Shown here: in pieces, positions 27,554 through 38,985 of the stretch
Position numbering within the stretch: the first letter of the stretch is position 1
Layout: each line of letters begins with the position of its first letter
Assembly: GCF_009914755.1 (NCBI RefSeq)
Contig: NC_060932.1
DNA: 64,000 nt
Direction: 5' to 3' (one strand)
Origin: the human T2T-CHM13v2.0 reference genome, Homo sapiens
Notes under the pieces: generated by a model
The model's input: the letters and a program-made list of their open reading frames with translations, nothing else
What the model was told of the DNA's origin: nothing
Databases searched by the model: none
Program-made: the position numbers and the translations under genes

Positions 27554-29019
27554 TCACTCATAAAATACTTCTACATCGTGAACTGAAGAGGGCAGGACTT
27601 GAGCCAGACCTGGTGTAGGACTGTGTGATGATGATGGGGAAAAAGAAAGAACACGGAAAAGCAAATGAAATTCACAGATCCAGTGTGTCGAAGTGACTTT
27701 GAAACTATAATTTACCTTTAGTTAAATAATCTGTATCTAGAATTGGCAGTGGCTATATATTGATATCTATGATATTTGTGGCTTTTATTTCTTGATAGGA
27801 CGCCTGATTCCATCTTCACCATAGCTCTTTTCTTTTTGTTGTTCAATGTGAATTTTGTACTATAGCTCTTTTATATTTTATTGTTTCTATGTGCCCCACA
27901 CATGAGCAGCTAACCAGTGCATTTTGGTTTATTTTTTGGCCAGGCGATTCTAACCAGGATGGGTGACTTAACAGAAAAAGAAAAGCAAGGACAATCTACA
28001 TAACCCATAAAACCCAATTTCCAAAAGGCCAGGTCCTCTATTTAACATTCTCATAACTTGCTCTGTTTCCATACCGCAGGGAATAGCAATTCTGTTTAAA
28101 AACCATAAGGAAATGGTAGCAGATATTATCAGAAATATATACCAGGACAGGACCCTTTTTTACTTTAAAAGTTTTAAAGATAATAAGTTTCCTTTCAAAA
28201 ATAACCGTGCTCACTCTCTTCAGGAATAACCAAAGCTTTCATTTTCTTTGCTTTCTTTCTTTTTTATTTTTGCTGTCTTTTGAAAGGCAAGACTTGTAGA
28301 TTGATACAGATCTGTCTATATAAGATATCCAAAATATATAGTTTAAATTTCCTTAAACTCTGTGGAAGTTTCTGCCATAATTACTAATTTTAATCTCACC
28401 AAATCTGTTGTTATCATTAACACCAAACACTATTTATAAAGCACTTAATTGAATGTGGGCCTGTGAATACTATTGAGCAAAGCTAATTAATGCATACCAA
28501 AATTAAGTAGGCTATTATAATGGGACATATCCCACAATAGTACATGGAACAGAGGAAATATCCACCAATTTATGGTTAAACCAAGAAGACTGGGTTTATA
28601 AGCACAAAGCATAAAAATGAAAAGTTTCAGAAAATGTTTCAGTAACTATGAAAATAAATGAATATCATATTTTCTTTATTAAATTTATTAGTTCTGCCTT
28701 CATTACTCTCAAATTTGCACACAAGGATAAGGATATTGCCCACTAATAGATAAAGTTATCTCATCTAATATACACATATTTAGCTTGAAGGTTGTTTGAG
28801 AATCAAATCACTAAGACAGGCTTCTTTGGGTGAATATACTGACTGCACTGGTGAACTCCAAAAGTATATTAGAGCACCAGCATTAGACTCTGTATTACAT
28901 TACAACATATGACTGCTTTTTTCACATTACCTACTTATAGTGCATTTCTAAGTACATTAGTTTGGATCTTATCTTTTTAATCTTTGTATATGGTGTAAGG
29001 TAGGGGTCCAAATTCATTC

Positions 29020-30060
29020 TTTCTGCTTGTATAGTCCCTTCTTCACCAACAATCTACTTTAAGCTCTCCCCTGTATGTCTGGTCTTCCCTATATTGTGAG
29101 TTCTATTCACTCATAATTTGTGATTTCTTATAGTTTCTGCAGTTCAGGCTTTCAGGTCTTCCATATTGTCTGTGTTCTTCTTAAGCCTTCTTAGCTTCTG
29201 TTCTGTCAACTGATAAACTTTCCTCATGCGTCGCCAATCTTCAATTTAGAGTCCTGAATAAAAAATCTGGCTGACACTAAACACTGTGATCTCTATTTGG
29301 GAAGAATTTTCAAAAAGATCTCTAGTGGCTTATCAATTGGCTTTTGTCCAGTAGGACACAGGCTTTTTGCATTTAACCTCTAACAGGGTATCATATGAAA
29401 TAGAATGGGATACTTATAACATGTAGCCATGTGCCTTCTCACAGAGTAGAAGACTTTATGAAGGTAAGCCTTAGCTGTGTCAGGCATTTGTGGTTTTAAG
29501 AGTCCAGTGTAAATCTCTGTACATAGGCCATTTATAATTTCACAGATTGTGTCTTTTATCTCCAAGTTGATTCATTTAAAGCAGAGGTCTGAATAGTTTA
29601 TTCATTCTTCACCTTAGACCTAAAGGAACTCTGCATATATTCCTTTGGTACGAGATAAAACTTCTCCTTTGCAAAGTGAACAATTACCTCCATAACTGCC
29701 TAAACTCAGGTCTAGTCTCTCTTTTGTCCAGATTTAACACACCATTATATGCACTGCCCTTCCTCAGAACCTTTCCACCCACTTGTTTATGATCATCTTC
29801 CTTGTAGCTTTGCCTCATGGACAACTATTTCTTCACTGCCTCACTCATAGTAGCATTTGTGTCCACTTTAATGCTTCTTGTAGCTTTTTCCACATCAGCT
29901 TCCACCATGTTTTCTGTCCTACTGATCTCAACATTTTCTATTTAGCCTCCTTTACCTGCATTTCTCTACCTAAATCCTCATTCAGTTCATATTTCTGGCT
30001 TCTGATTTCCCATCCCACTTTAAGTATTATCTGTCCATCAACCCCAATGCCTAAAAAGCA
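29020..30060 (-). mobile_element. Highly decayed non-LTR retrotransposon RT fragment (L4/RTE-like or L2/CR1)
   Basis: Collinear degenerate RT motifs on the minus strand: GKAT-EDD (~29789-29814), YLHKVFYSVRR (~29436-29470), SQCLVSARFFI (~29256-29292). Confidence 0.4.
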
Positions 30061-31324
30061 TTAACATCTCTGAAATATGTATTTTCACTTAATAGTGTAG
30101 TTCACTTTTAGGAAATAAAAGTCACAGTGCAGTCTACAATAAATTAGACAAAATAGGATATTATAAGCAATATAATCATGTTGCCTAGCATATAAGGATG
30201 TATTAAAAACAACATAATTTATTAAATTATTGTTCATAAGACAGAAATGTTCTTTCTTTTTTGATCCAAAGTGAGAACTTTTTAAGGGCTTATTTTATAA
30301 ACAAGATTGTACTGAAATTCATATATAGATAAAAATGAACATGATTTATTATGAACAATTTCAGTATTCAGCATATTTATATTGTTATTAATAAGATTGG
30401 GAGCAGAGAGCTAAAGCATTTTACTTTGCCTTAAAAAATGCACCAATTATCAGCCTGACCATTTTAATATAAAAAATGTTTATATTATAGTATAAATTAT
30501 TAATCAATCTGCCACAATCATTACTTTAGTTAAAACTGAACGTACTTGTGGCTAGCATAGGAAAGGAGACATTTTCATGTTAACGTGAATTTTTTTAACC
30601 TAAATTATTGCAGCCTATTGATCCTAGATCTGAATCTTCAAAGAAAACTGATTTATTTCATTAATTGGAATATTTTAACCAGAGAAGTCTATCAAGTTGG
30701 GGTTTCAACCTGAATGAACCTTTTCCATTTAGAAAATTGATCTTCCAGTCACACTTTTATGAACCTTGAGCTTTTAGAGCATGGTTGCTTTTAAAGACAG
30801 ATCATCTCCAGTAACATCTTATATCATTGACAGGTTGGAGTATGGATGTTAGAGCAAACTAAGTTTGTGATATATAACCACCCACATACAGACAAAATGA
30901 ACAAGGCATATATTTAAATATGCAAGCTAGACAACATGCAGAGCAGTGAGTAAGGAGTAAATACTGAGTCACCCTTAGAACATAATATATGCTGGTAACT
31001 AAAAAGGTGGGCACGGGGCAGGAACTCCATAAAAATAATAATTCTGCCATGATGTCTTTTATTTACCAAATTACATCTCCAAATACATTGCTGTACCATC
31101 TATATAAAGAATTGAAAGTGTCTTTGAACACAATTACTTGTGTTGCCTATTGACTCATTAAGAGAAGAGCATTGTTGGAATGTGATTTACTTAGATTAAC
31201 AGTGGTCCCTACAGTTAATTGGGCACAGAGTGAATATCTCAAAGTGAACAGCTCACAAAGTACTGGAATATTTATCAGAGAACTAAATGACTGATGTACA
31301 ATGAGTCTACTTGTTAGAGTATCT

Positions 31325-31500
31325 ACAGTGTAGGTTTGGAGTCCCAAAAAACAAGATTTGAATTCTGGCAGCAGCACTTAAAGCCATGTGCCCTTGGGTA
31401 ACTTTAAACCACCTTTAGTTTTTAAAAGTGTGAATAACGGGCACTTTTAAGAATCTTAATGTTAAACAAAATGTTTGAAACTGTTCTTTCAAAAAAGGAG
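31325..31500 (+). mobile_element. MIR SINE
   Basis: 'tttggagtc...gatttgaattctggc...cttaaagccatgtgcccttgggtaa'. Confidence 0.6.
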
Positions 31501-33445
31501 GCCCTCTACAAATAGGTCACAATAAAATATGAAACATAACTGACAAGGGTCATAGAAAATCCATTTTCTAGCAACATTATTTTTTCCTCTCTAGAAAATC
31601 ACAGAGAGTGAAGTTAAAACCATAAGTTTTTTTTTTTTTTTTTTTTGGCATCCAAGAAATCAGAGCAAATGGGATTTGTAGTATGAGCCTGATCATTAAG
31701 GCATGCATCTCCATAATGGAAGAAAACCACACGCTCATGGGAACAGCAGGCAGGATCCTGAGCAAGAGTAAGCCCTTCCAGAGGGCAAGGTGAGAGAAAC
31801 TTGCATTCCTTCTCAAACCACTCATTCTTTCCTTTCTGAGCACCAAATTTCAGGTGACACACACACATTCTTTAGGCATGATATGAGATTTGCTCAGCTA
31901 AGAATTTCTTAGATATTCTATGAGTTTACTATCAAATGGACAAGAAATCAACTACATAAATTGTGACACCTAAGTCACAATTCTGTTTACTTGAGCTCAG
32001 TGTAAATTTTGAGAAGATGTCAGGGTTTTTGGTTCTACATAAATATATTGACACTCAATCAAGTCATTATTGGTGTGTCCCCTTGCCCATTTATCCAAAT
32101 TGCTGCTGTTGGCAGTTTTGCTTTGTATTCCCATCACTATCTATACTTCAGTTGGTCCATATTTTAGCTCTTCAATTGTGTGAGTTTTTTCTCAGCAACT
32201 GCCATATTTGAAAACCATATCCCTCTTCTGTGTCGCAAAGACTTATTATGCATGCTTCTCTGACACCTGGTTTTAAATTCTCAGGAAATACTGGACAGGA
32301 ACCATCAGTTTTTCAGGGTTAAGAGAAACCATCTTGTCCAGCAAATAATCCCTTCTTTTTCTTTTGTTAAGCTAAGCCTCTTGCCAAGAAATTCTAATTT
32401 AAGAAGTCTAATTTGCTGGTCTTAGCTGTTTGATTGCTTCTGGTTCCCCTGTGATGAGTCTGTGGAAACAAGGGCCACAGTGAAGTCAACCCAACCCAAA
32501 CTGCAGAAGTGAGTTACTTTTCTCAGTGTCTGTGGTTTGTCTTCAAGCGCCTGTTAGACACCTATGGAAAATTTTTCCTGATCTCAACTCTCCTGGATAA
32601 TTCTGAATCAGCTAATTAGGTGACTAGAGAGGTAGCAAATTCCTGGGTTTACAAGCATTTTTTTCTTCCATTGATTTTCTTTGATTTGCTCTTGCTCTAA
32701 CTTCTTTCCTTCTATCCTGGGACTTGATTTGTATATAGCAAATATGACAAATCTTACTGATATCAATAGAGCAGAAAGGGGGAGGCTGGTAGAGTCTCTC
32801 TGTTACTTAAAGAAGCAGGATGAGGGTTTAGGTGACAAAAAAAATGATAGTTGATAGAAAACAAGAGGCTACAGATTCAACAGAATATATGCTTTAATAG
32901 GAAAACGAACCTTTTAAAAGCTAGCTTTTCTGAGGAAGGAAAATCTAAAATAATGCAAGTCATCTGACTAAGACAGTGAAGTTTCTTCACTTCTCACAAA
33001 AGCAAGAAGAACAGGCAGAAGTTTTTCTAAAGTAATGAAACATAGTCCAGTGGAATAAGTCCTTTATCACCGTGGCGCTTAGTTTCCTCAAAATTCTCTG
33101 AATCTATCATTTTATGATTTAAGGTCCTAAACCAGACTTTCTTCCCCAATTCTCTATGATATTTTATGGCACCACCATCTACCTAGTCATTCGCTCCAGA
33201 AAACTTACATAGATTTTGTGATTCCTCCCTTGTGCTCACCTCTTAATTATCAAATTCTGTTTTATTGTCCAAACATTCTTGATTTTTCTCCCTCCTTTCA
33301 AGCTTTACTCCCAATATCCTTGTTCAGCCTCACATGAGTCCTATACTGACTGACTGAAATAGCACTGTAATAGGTTTCTGTGACTCCAGTCTTGTCTCCT
33401 TCAAATCCATGCTCCATGGATTTCACCCTAATGATGTATCTAAAG

Positions 33446-33783
33446 TAGGGATCAGCAAACTATAGCTTACAGGACATATCTGGGCTTCTGTTCACTTTTG
33501 TATGGTCCATAAACCCCCAAAAATGTTTTCTTCATTTTTAATGATTTCAAAAATCAAAGAGGAATAATATTTTGTGACACATCAAAATGACAAGAAATTT
33601 AAATTTCAGTGTCCATAAATAAAGGTTTATTGGAACACAGCCACACTCGTTTCTTTATGTCCTGTCCATGGGTGTTTTGTGCTATAACAGCAGAATTCAA
33701 TAGTTGCAACAGAGATCATAGAATCCATGAAGTTTAAAATATTTAATATCTGGCTCTTTACAGAGAAAGTTTGTTGATCCCTG
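33446..33783 (+). mobile_element. MER58B hAT-Charlie MITE
   Basis: TIRs TAGGGATCAGCAAAC / GTTTGTTGATCCCTG; internal 'ttcagtgtccataaataaag...ggaacacagccacac'; degenerate 8-bp TSD ATCTAAAG/CTCTTAAG. Confidence 0.88.
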
Positions 33784-34034
33784 CTCTTAAGCACAAAGAC
33801 TATTGCATCATTTCTCGAATCAAAATATTTTACTGATATTCTGTCACCTGCAGGAGAAACCTAGCCTCCTGAGCATGACATACAAACCTCTGCTATCTGA
33901 GCCCTATTCTCTCCAGCCTCACCCTTGTTTATACTGTTGCCTTGCACTAGATTGTTCTGCTCTGCCTTGGTTCCTATGCTTGTCTTCATGGAATGCCTTA
34001 CTCCTCCCTCTTTATCATGTAACTTTCGCATTAC

Positions 34035-34217
34035 TTATTTATTTTTAGGGGCAGGGTCTTGCTCTCTCACCCAACCTGGGTTACAGTGGTGCAGTCATAA
34101 CTCTCACTGCAGCCTTGAACTCCTGAGCTGAAGCAATCCTCCTGCCTTAGCCTCCCGCTACAGATGTGCACAATCATGCCCAGCTTGTACTACAGGTGTG
34201 CACCACCATGCCCAGCT
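34035..34217 (-). mobile_element. Alu right monomer (FRAM/AluJ-like) with an internal ~30-bp duplication
   Basis: 'cagggtcttgctct...cactgcagccttgaactcctg'; 'ctacag(a/g)tgtgcac(aat/cac)catgcccagct' at 34158 and 34190. Confidence 0.8.
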
Positions 34218-34619
34218 CTGTTTCTCATTTCTGTAGAAGGAGTATTGAGATCATCTCCTCCAGGGAAACTCTGTAGACCTCCATGCAGAATAGTAAGTCC
34301 TCCCTGACTTCTCTTGTCCTACATACCACATTATTTTATGAATATCGATTTGTGCTTGTGTCTAAACTGCAAGCTCTGGATTTTGAGCCCATCAATACTT
34401 GGAAAAGGATCTCATTTTTTTTAATCCTCAGCAAATATCATTGTCTCACACTTAATAGTGGCTCAATCAGTGTTTGTTGAATAAATTAAAATGTCTTATA
34501 TATATCTCAACTAACAATAGTCTTTTAGGTTTAAGGAGGACTTTACATAATACTATAAACAGTATCATCTGATAACAAAAATGTAGCATTAAAATTATTT
34601 GTAAACATTTCTAATCTTT

Positions 34620-34905
34620 TCTACTATGAATAATGCTACAATAAATATAGGAGTGCAGGTATCTCTTTAACATTTTGATTTTCTTTTCTTTGGAAAAATA
34701 TCCAGCTGGATCATATGGTATTTCTGTTTCTAGTTTTTGGAGAAACCTCCATGCTGTTTTCAATAGTGGTTCTCTCTCCACGTTCTAGCTAGCATTTGTT
34801 ACTTTTTGTCTTTTTGATCATAGCCATTCTAATTGTGATGAGATGACATTTCATTGTGGTTTTGATTTGTGTTTTGCTGATGATTAGTGATGCGGAACAT
34901 TCAAT
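34620..34905 (-). mobile_element. L1MA ORF2 3' fragment
   Basis: 'gaataatgctacaataaatataggagtgcaggtatctc...ctggatcatatggta...cattgtggttttgatttg'. Confidence 0.75.
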
Positions 34906-37249
34906 TTTGGTATGTCATTACAAAATATCTGATTTTCAGTTTAGGGACACTGTAAAACATATAACCTTAAGATTATTTAGATGTAAAAATAAATTGCTCT
35001 CATAGGGCTGAATAACACATTTCATAAATATTTAAACAACTCTGCTTGCCATTCTCTTTATTATCATGTATCACTGACCACTAAAAATTTCATATATGTG
35101 CTATGATTATAGAATAAATTAAAACCTCATACATGTGAAATATTTTATATATTTAATATTAGCTAGAAGAAAATATTTAGCATAGTTAAATTTAGCATTA
35201 ATATGTCATAGCATCACTTTGTACTTCTTAAGTATATATATACAATTGTAATTTGTCAATATGCAATAAAATAAAAATTCAAGATAATACTTTGTATTTA
35301 TTTTGTAAGTCAAAAAACAATATAAGAAAATAGGCTTCTTCCTCCCATAGAAGTTAGTAGAATAACTGTAGCAAACATATCACTAATTAAACATTAGTGA
35401 AATGTCATTTTTAAAGAATCTAAGGCAATATATATCTATTGAGCTTCCTACCATGGTTAAAACCTACTGTTAATTATTGAGATATTCAAAGGATTTACTC
35501 CCTTTGATCTTGCTAATGAGAAAAAAATATTTAATTCTTTAAGTGTTTTATCATTCATTCTTTTCACCCTCTCCCTCAACAACAACAACAACAATTTGGA
35601 TTGATTCAATTGCATTTGTAAATGTATGTGTATGTGTTTCTTAAACAAAGGAAATTTTATTTTAGCTATACACTTTTTAGATCTCTTTTTCTTCAAACTA
35701 GTTGTTCCAAAAAGAATATTTTGCTTTTGTTATTTGCGGAGGGATGTGAGAAACTTGTTCAGGGGTTAGCAGGAGGTGTTTTTTTTTTTTTTTTCTTCTG
35801 CCATTATCTGTAAAAGTATGAACTCTCATGACCTAGCCTAATCTGATGATGGGTCACTTTCTGTTTTGAATCTAATTTTTATGTTGCCAATCTTTGCCAG
35901 ACTGATCGGTAATATCCTAAGCACATACACTTATAGATTTTCACAGTGCTGTCTGTCAATCTTTGACTTATTTCATCCCAAAACTTTTAACTTGGGAATT
36001 TGCTGTTATTATTTTTGCTTTAATATTGGTTTTACTATTTTGCTTTTTCCCTTCTAATACAGAATAGTGTAATGTTTAATTACATTCCATCCCCTAATAC
36101 TCATCCTCAGTTCATCAAATATCGTCCTTTTCTTTTTTTAATCATGTGAAATTAGAACACCTCTCCAAGGGCTAAGGTGAAGCATTTGGTTCTTTATATA
36201 TAAATACAGACAAATCACTGATTGTGAGCTATTTTCTGACATTTTTGGTTTATGCTAGACTGTCTCTTGGCTGGACTTATTTAGTTTATCTTGTGACCAT
36301 CCACTTTCTGTTATTTGCCTGCTGAGCACACATTTTTGCTTTTGCAGCCTGTGTAGAAAGGTCTGCACTTTAAAAAGTTAATAGGTAAAAGGAGGTTGGT
36401 ATTTGAGGCAAAATGTTTTCCTAGGAGGATCCCCATAGCTGACATTTGCTTTCCTTCTAGATCTCACAGACTGAATTTGCAGGCCTTTGGGACTCTGTGC
36501 ACAGCCCATCTGTTAGAGCAAAGCTATGCCAAGCTGATCTGGATATGACTGAGAGGAATGAGGAGGGGATTTTTAAAAATTACTTTTATAGTCATTTTCT
36601 TTTTCTTTAAATACAAAGCCACATTGTTAGGATGAACTTGATTCTGCCATCCAAGGCAAACTGACAGTGTGGTATTAGAAATAAACATCAAACAGAACCT
36701 GTTGAAATGTCGGGTTATATTGGAAAGGTGTCAGGTTTCATGTCATATGTGTTTCTGTTCAATGATTTCCATCATGATGCTATTGGTTATCAACAATAAC
36801 TGAATTAAGTTAAACAATATGTTCAGGAAACATTTAGTAAGTGCCTATAATGTATAAACTATGTGGAAAATCTTAGATATGCAAAGATATCTGAGATGTG
36901 GTTCCTTCTTTCAAGAAGTTTGCAAACAGGGGATAGCAGAGCACAGATGTATCCAGAGAATAAAATAAATGTCATTTAATATGCACAAATAGCATAGTTT
37001 TAATATTGATGCCACTTATATCTTAGTACTATGGATAAGCAATTCACTAAAGTGTGTTATGTATGACCTACATTTAATCTTATAACAAGTTATGTCCATT
37101 TTAGAAGGGAGGAGATGAGATGCAGACAAGTTATGGCCCCAGATATGAGAGGTCATCAGGAGGATAATGCTTTGTCTCAAAACCTGTGTTTCCCAAAAAG
37201 CTACAATGCCTAGGGAAAGCAAAGACAGAGAAAGAGAAAATCAAAAATG

Positions 37250-37672
37250 TACTTAACAGTGGGGCAGATGCTGGCCTCTATGAGAAATTACCTAGAAACT
37301 AAACATCCACTTTCTCGGCCTTCCTGGGACAGTGGCCTTGGAAGAGTTTCTGCCGGGAAGCCTACTAATGGGATTTAAATTAGGTCAGATGAAGCTGGTT
37401 TTGCTCTGCTTCACCTAATTCCATCTTCCTGCCTTTGAACACAGATGCAGTGGCCATAGCTGCTGCCACCATCTTGCAACATGAGAAAAAAAAAAAAGAG
37501 AATTCCATGCATAGACCTTGGCTCAGTTGAGTTGTGAACATAGCATAGCCAGCAGCTGTCTTCCTCCCATGTTTATTGTTAGGAGAAAAAAAAACTAAAG
37601 CCCTGATGGTTTAAGCCATTGGAAAATCAGATTTTTTGTTATTTGAAGCTTAATGGAAACTTAAGTAACAAA
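37250..37672 (+). mobile_element. MLT1 (I/J/K-like) LTR
   Basis: 'cttcctgcctttgaacacagatg...gctgctgccaccatcttgcaacatgag...gtttaagccatt...tttgttatttgaagc'. Confidence 0.6.
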
Positions 37673-37739
37673 ATCTATCTTTAACCTAAACTATTGAGGC
37701 TATGATGCTATTGTATTCTTCCTCTTTTTCAATATTTTA

Positions 37740-38520
37740 GCTTCCTTGATTTGTATAACTCCACTTACTTTTGATTTTGGAATAACTGTCTGGTTAGTCA
37801 CACTTTATTTTCTCTGTAGACTGTTCTTTCACTTCCTACATCTTAACGCTATTTCCCAAAGTTCCCTTCTTGTCTCGTAATTTTCTCACTGCCTTCAGCA
37901 TTTGTACTGCATACTCTCTCTTCGTGACCTCATCCTTCTCCTTGTTGTTAAAGAGGCATGTAGTGTTGCCATAAAAATGCCTTAACCATGACATCATATG
38001 CAGTGACTTCCCAAGCTGTATTTCTAGATCTTTCCCTCGAGCTCCAGACTGAAACATATCCAATAATTGCATCAAATTCAAAATATCCAATAACTGTTTT
38101 TCATCTTTCCCTACAAATCTTGTTTTCTAATCTATTCACTTGCCCAGGTCAGAAATCTATAAGTCATTTTGGACTTCTCTAGATTGTCTTTTTATTTCTA
38201 GTCAGACACCACATTCTGTTCAATTGTAATAACCCTTGACTCTATTTATTCCATCTTTATAGCCACTAACTTAGCCTAAGCTTTTGCAGTATTTCTCATC
38301 TGAATTACTGCAGTCAGACCCTTAATGGATCTCCCTCCCTCAGTTCTCTCATTCCAGTCAATTCCCCTACATTCTTATGAGAGTGATTTTCCTTAATAGA
38401 AACGTATTGGAGGCATTTGTCCACTGAGATCCTTCAGGATTTTTCCAGAGTTTTAAAGATTTAGTGCAAACGTTTAGCATGGCATTTCCTGACCTTGGTT
38501 TAGTTATCTAATCTCTTCTG
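37740..38520 (+). mobile_element. L2 fragment
   Basis: 'gactTcccaagctgtatttctag...gagctccagactgaaacatatccaa', pyrimidine-rich L2 body. Confidence 0.6.
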
Positions 38521-38539
38521 TATCTATCCTATCACTTGC

Positions 38540-38890
38540 ATTCATTTCCATTTATCCAGTTAATAAATAGCTATTGAGTAAATGATATGTATGGAAACCA
38601 GGCTAACTAACTGCTGGGGCTACAGACTTTGTCCTGGCCCTCGTTGAACTTACTGTCAAGTAGGAGAGACAGATAATAAAGTCAGCAAAATAAGTTCAGC
38701 CTGTGATTAGTAAAATAAAGAAAATAGATTTCTGTCTTTGAGAATAATGGTAGGGGAGAGTGATTTATATTACATCATCTGTGAAGGTCTCTCTGAAAAG
38801 GTAATATTTAAGCTGAGGCTTGAGAGATGAGGATTTAGCAATGTGAAGTGTTGAGGATTGAAATGTCCTAGACATAAAGAACAGAAAAAT
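38540..38890 (-). mobile_element. L2 3' fragment (opposite orientation)
   Basis: 'cattcattt...ctattgagta...gtcctggccctcgttgaacttactgtcaagtaggagagacagataataa...gaaggtctctctgaaaaggtaatatttaagctgag'. Confidence 0.65.
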
Positions 38891-38904
38891 AAAGAATATA
38901 AATT

Positions 38905-38985
38905 TAGATATATTACCACTGAACTGTACACCTAAAAATGATAAAGATGGTAAATTTTATATGTATATTGTACCTCCAAAAAAAG
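38905..38985 (+). mobile_element. L1MB-like extreme 3' end
   Basis: 'ccactgaactgtacacctaaaaatgataaagatggtaaattttatatgtatattgtacc' plus A-run. Confidence 0.7.

Larger units (their letters stand above)
33120..34490 (+). mobile_element. L2 LINE 3' region, interrupted by MER58B and an Alu monomer
   Basis: 'ggcaccaccatctacctagtcattc' and the L2 3' end 'aatagtggctcaatcagtgtttgttgaataaat'. Confidence 0.7.

Noticed and set aside
31627-31870. Poly(T) as the tail of a minus-strand processed pseudogene
   Set aside because: No polyadenylation signal, TSD or recognisable parent coding sequence
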